From contig NMRA01000641.1 of assembly GCA_002633005.1 (NCBI GenBank), positions 169,162 to 233,161 on the forward strand: DNA of 64,000 bases, written 5' to 3'. Below, piece after piece: positions 63,131 through 64,000 of the stretch. The notes under the pieces are model-generated. The model saw nothing but the letters and a program-made list of their open reading frames with translations. It did no database searches and was not told the DNA's origin. Position numbers and translations under genes: made by a program. Numbering within the stretch: the stretch's first letter is position 1; each line of letters begins with the position of its first letter. The stretch comes from Phoronis australis. Its lineage: Eukaryota > Animalia > Phoronida.

Positions 63131-63784
63131 TAATTTGAAACTGACTGACAGTTTTCGAGACTCCGGTCCAGTTGCTGAAAGTTTCAGCATCCCTGTGGTC
63201 GGTGTACTCACGGTCTTCTTTGTGAATCTATTGGATTAGTCATATGAACAAGTCCTGACTCACTGTGTTGCAGCCAACACATGTCACTTGTGGCCGCTCA
63301 TCTGCTCGAGCTAATTATCCGTGACCTATATAAAATTTAAAAATAAAGCTCTGCCAACCCTACGTGTGGACTTATCTACAAGTCTGAAGTTTTAGCGAAA
63401 TATCTACAAAGCTATCAAATGTAACTGCAAAGGATATATTTTCTGAAATTAGAAATTCTGAGAAATTTGATTTTTAACGTGATACTAATCTGAAAATAGT
63501 TAGGTCAGGCGACCTTACTTTGTTAGACACTTTATCGAAAAGGACGGGTACATTCAATGCAAAGCAACAGGTTCAATAACATGGACAAACTTAGTATGAT
63601 TTGGATAATCACCATAATGTCTCAAAAAATGCTGCTGAAGTTTTCTAAATTGTGTTTCATTTTCTTTTGATACATCTTCAAATTTCTTTCATATTAATTA
63701 TGTTTGTCCTGTTGATGTTAGTCCCTTAAGTAAAATTCAAACAGTTTAAAAACGATTCCTAGCATCGTATCTGAAAATTTCATG

Positions 63785-64000
63785 GGAATCCGGTCAGCCA
63801 TTCAGTGTGACATACCATGTGAATCCGGCCATCCACTCAGTGTGACATACCATGTGAATCCGGATATCCACTCAGTGTGACATACCATGTGAATCTGGTC
63901 ATCCACTCAGTGTGACATACCATGTGAATCCGGCCATCCACTCAGTGTGACATACCATGTGAATCCGGATATCCACTCAGTGTGACATACCATGTGAATC
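63785..64000. repeat. 35-bp minisatellite, at least 6 copies, running off the window
   Basis: gaatccgg..atccactcagtgtgacataccatgt with a period of 35. Confidence 0.95.

Overview
AT-rich, intron-containing eukaryotic DNA, most likely from an invertebrate animal; it is not prokaryotic and has no CRISPR array. Two spliced protein-coding genes can be reconstructed by hand, both on the minus strand. The first is a secreted M14A zinc carboxypeptidase (CPA/CPB-like) with 9 exons visible between 17055 and 331; its last exon lies off the left edge. The second is a 4-exon, 387-aa type-I membrane protein with a Cys-rich, SUEL/galactose-lectin-like ectodomain (48416-38387). The rest is dense, nested transposon sequence. 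It includes a Ngaro-type tyrosine-recombinase retrotransposon with intact RT/RNaseH and YR ORFs but no 5' end, plus two orphan fragments of its terminal repeats. There is also a decayed Gypsy (Mag-like) LTR element, a Kolobok element, a pogo-like element, L1/Tx1, L2 and Penelope fragments, THAP and hAT remnants, palindrome-ended tRNA-containing elements, many MITEs, fold-back inverted repeats and several minisatellites. I found no clearly novel enzymatic system. The most unusual items are the architecture of the YR-retroelement locus, the orphan lectin-like receptor and an intronic 198-aa ORF. Coordinates were read by eye: splice sites should be exact to within a few bp, and TE boundaries are approximate.
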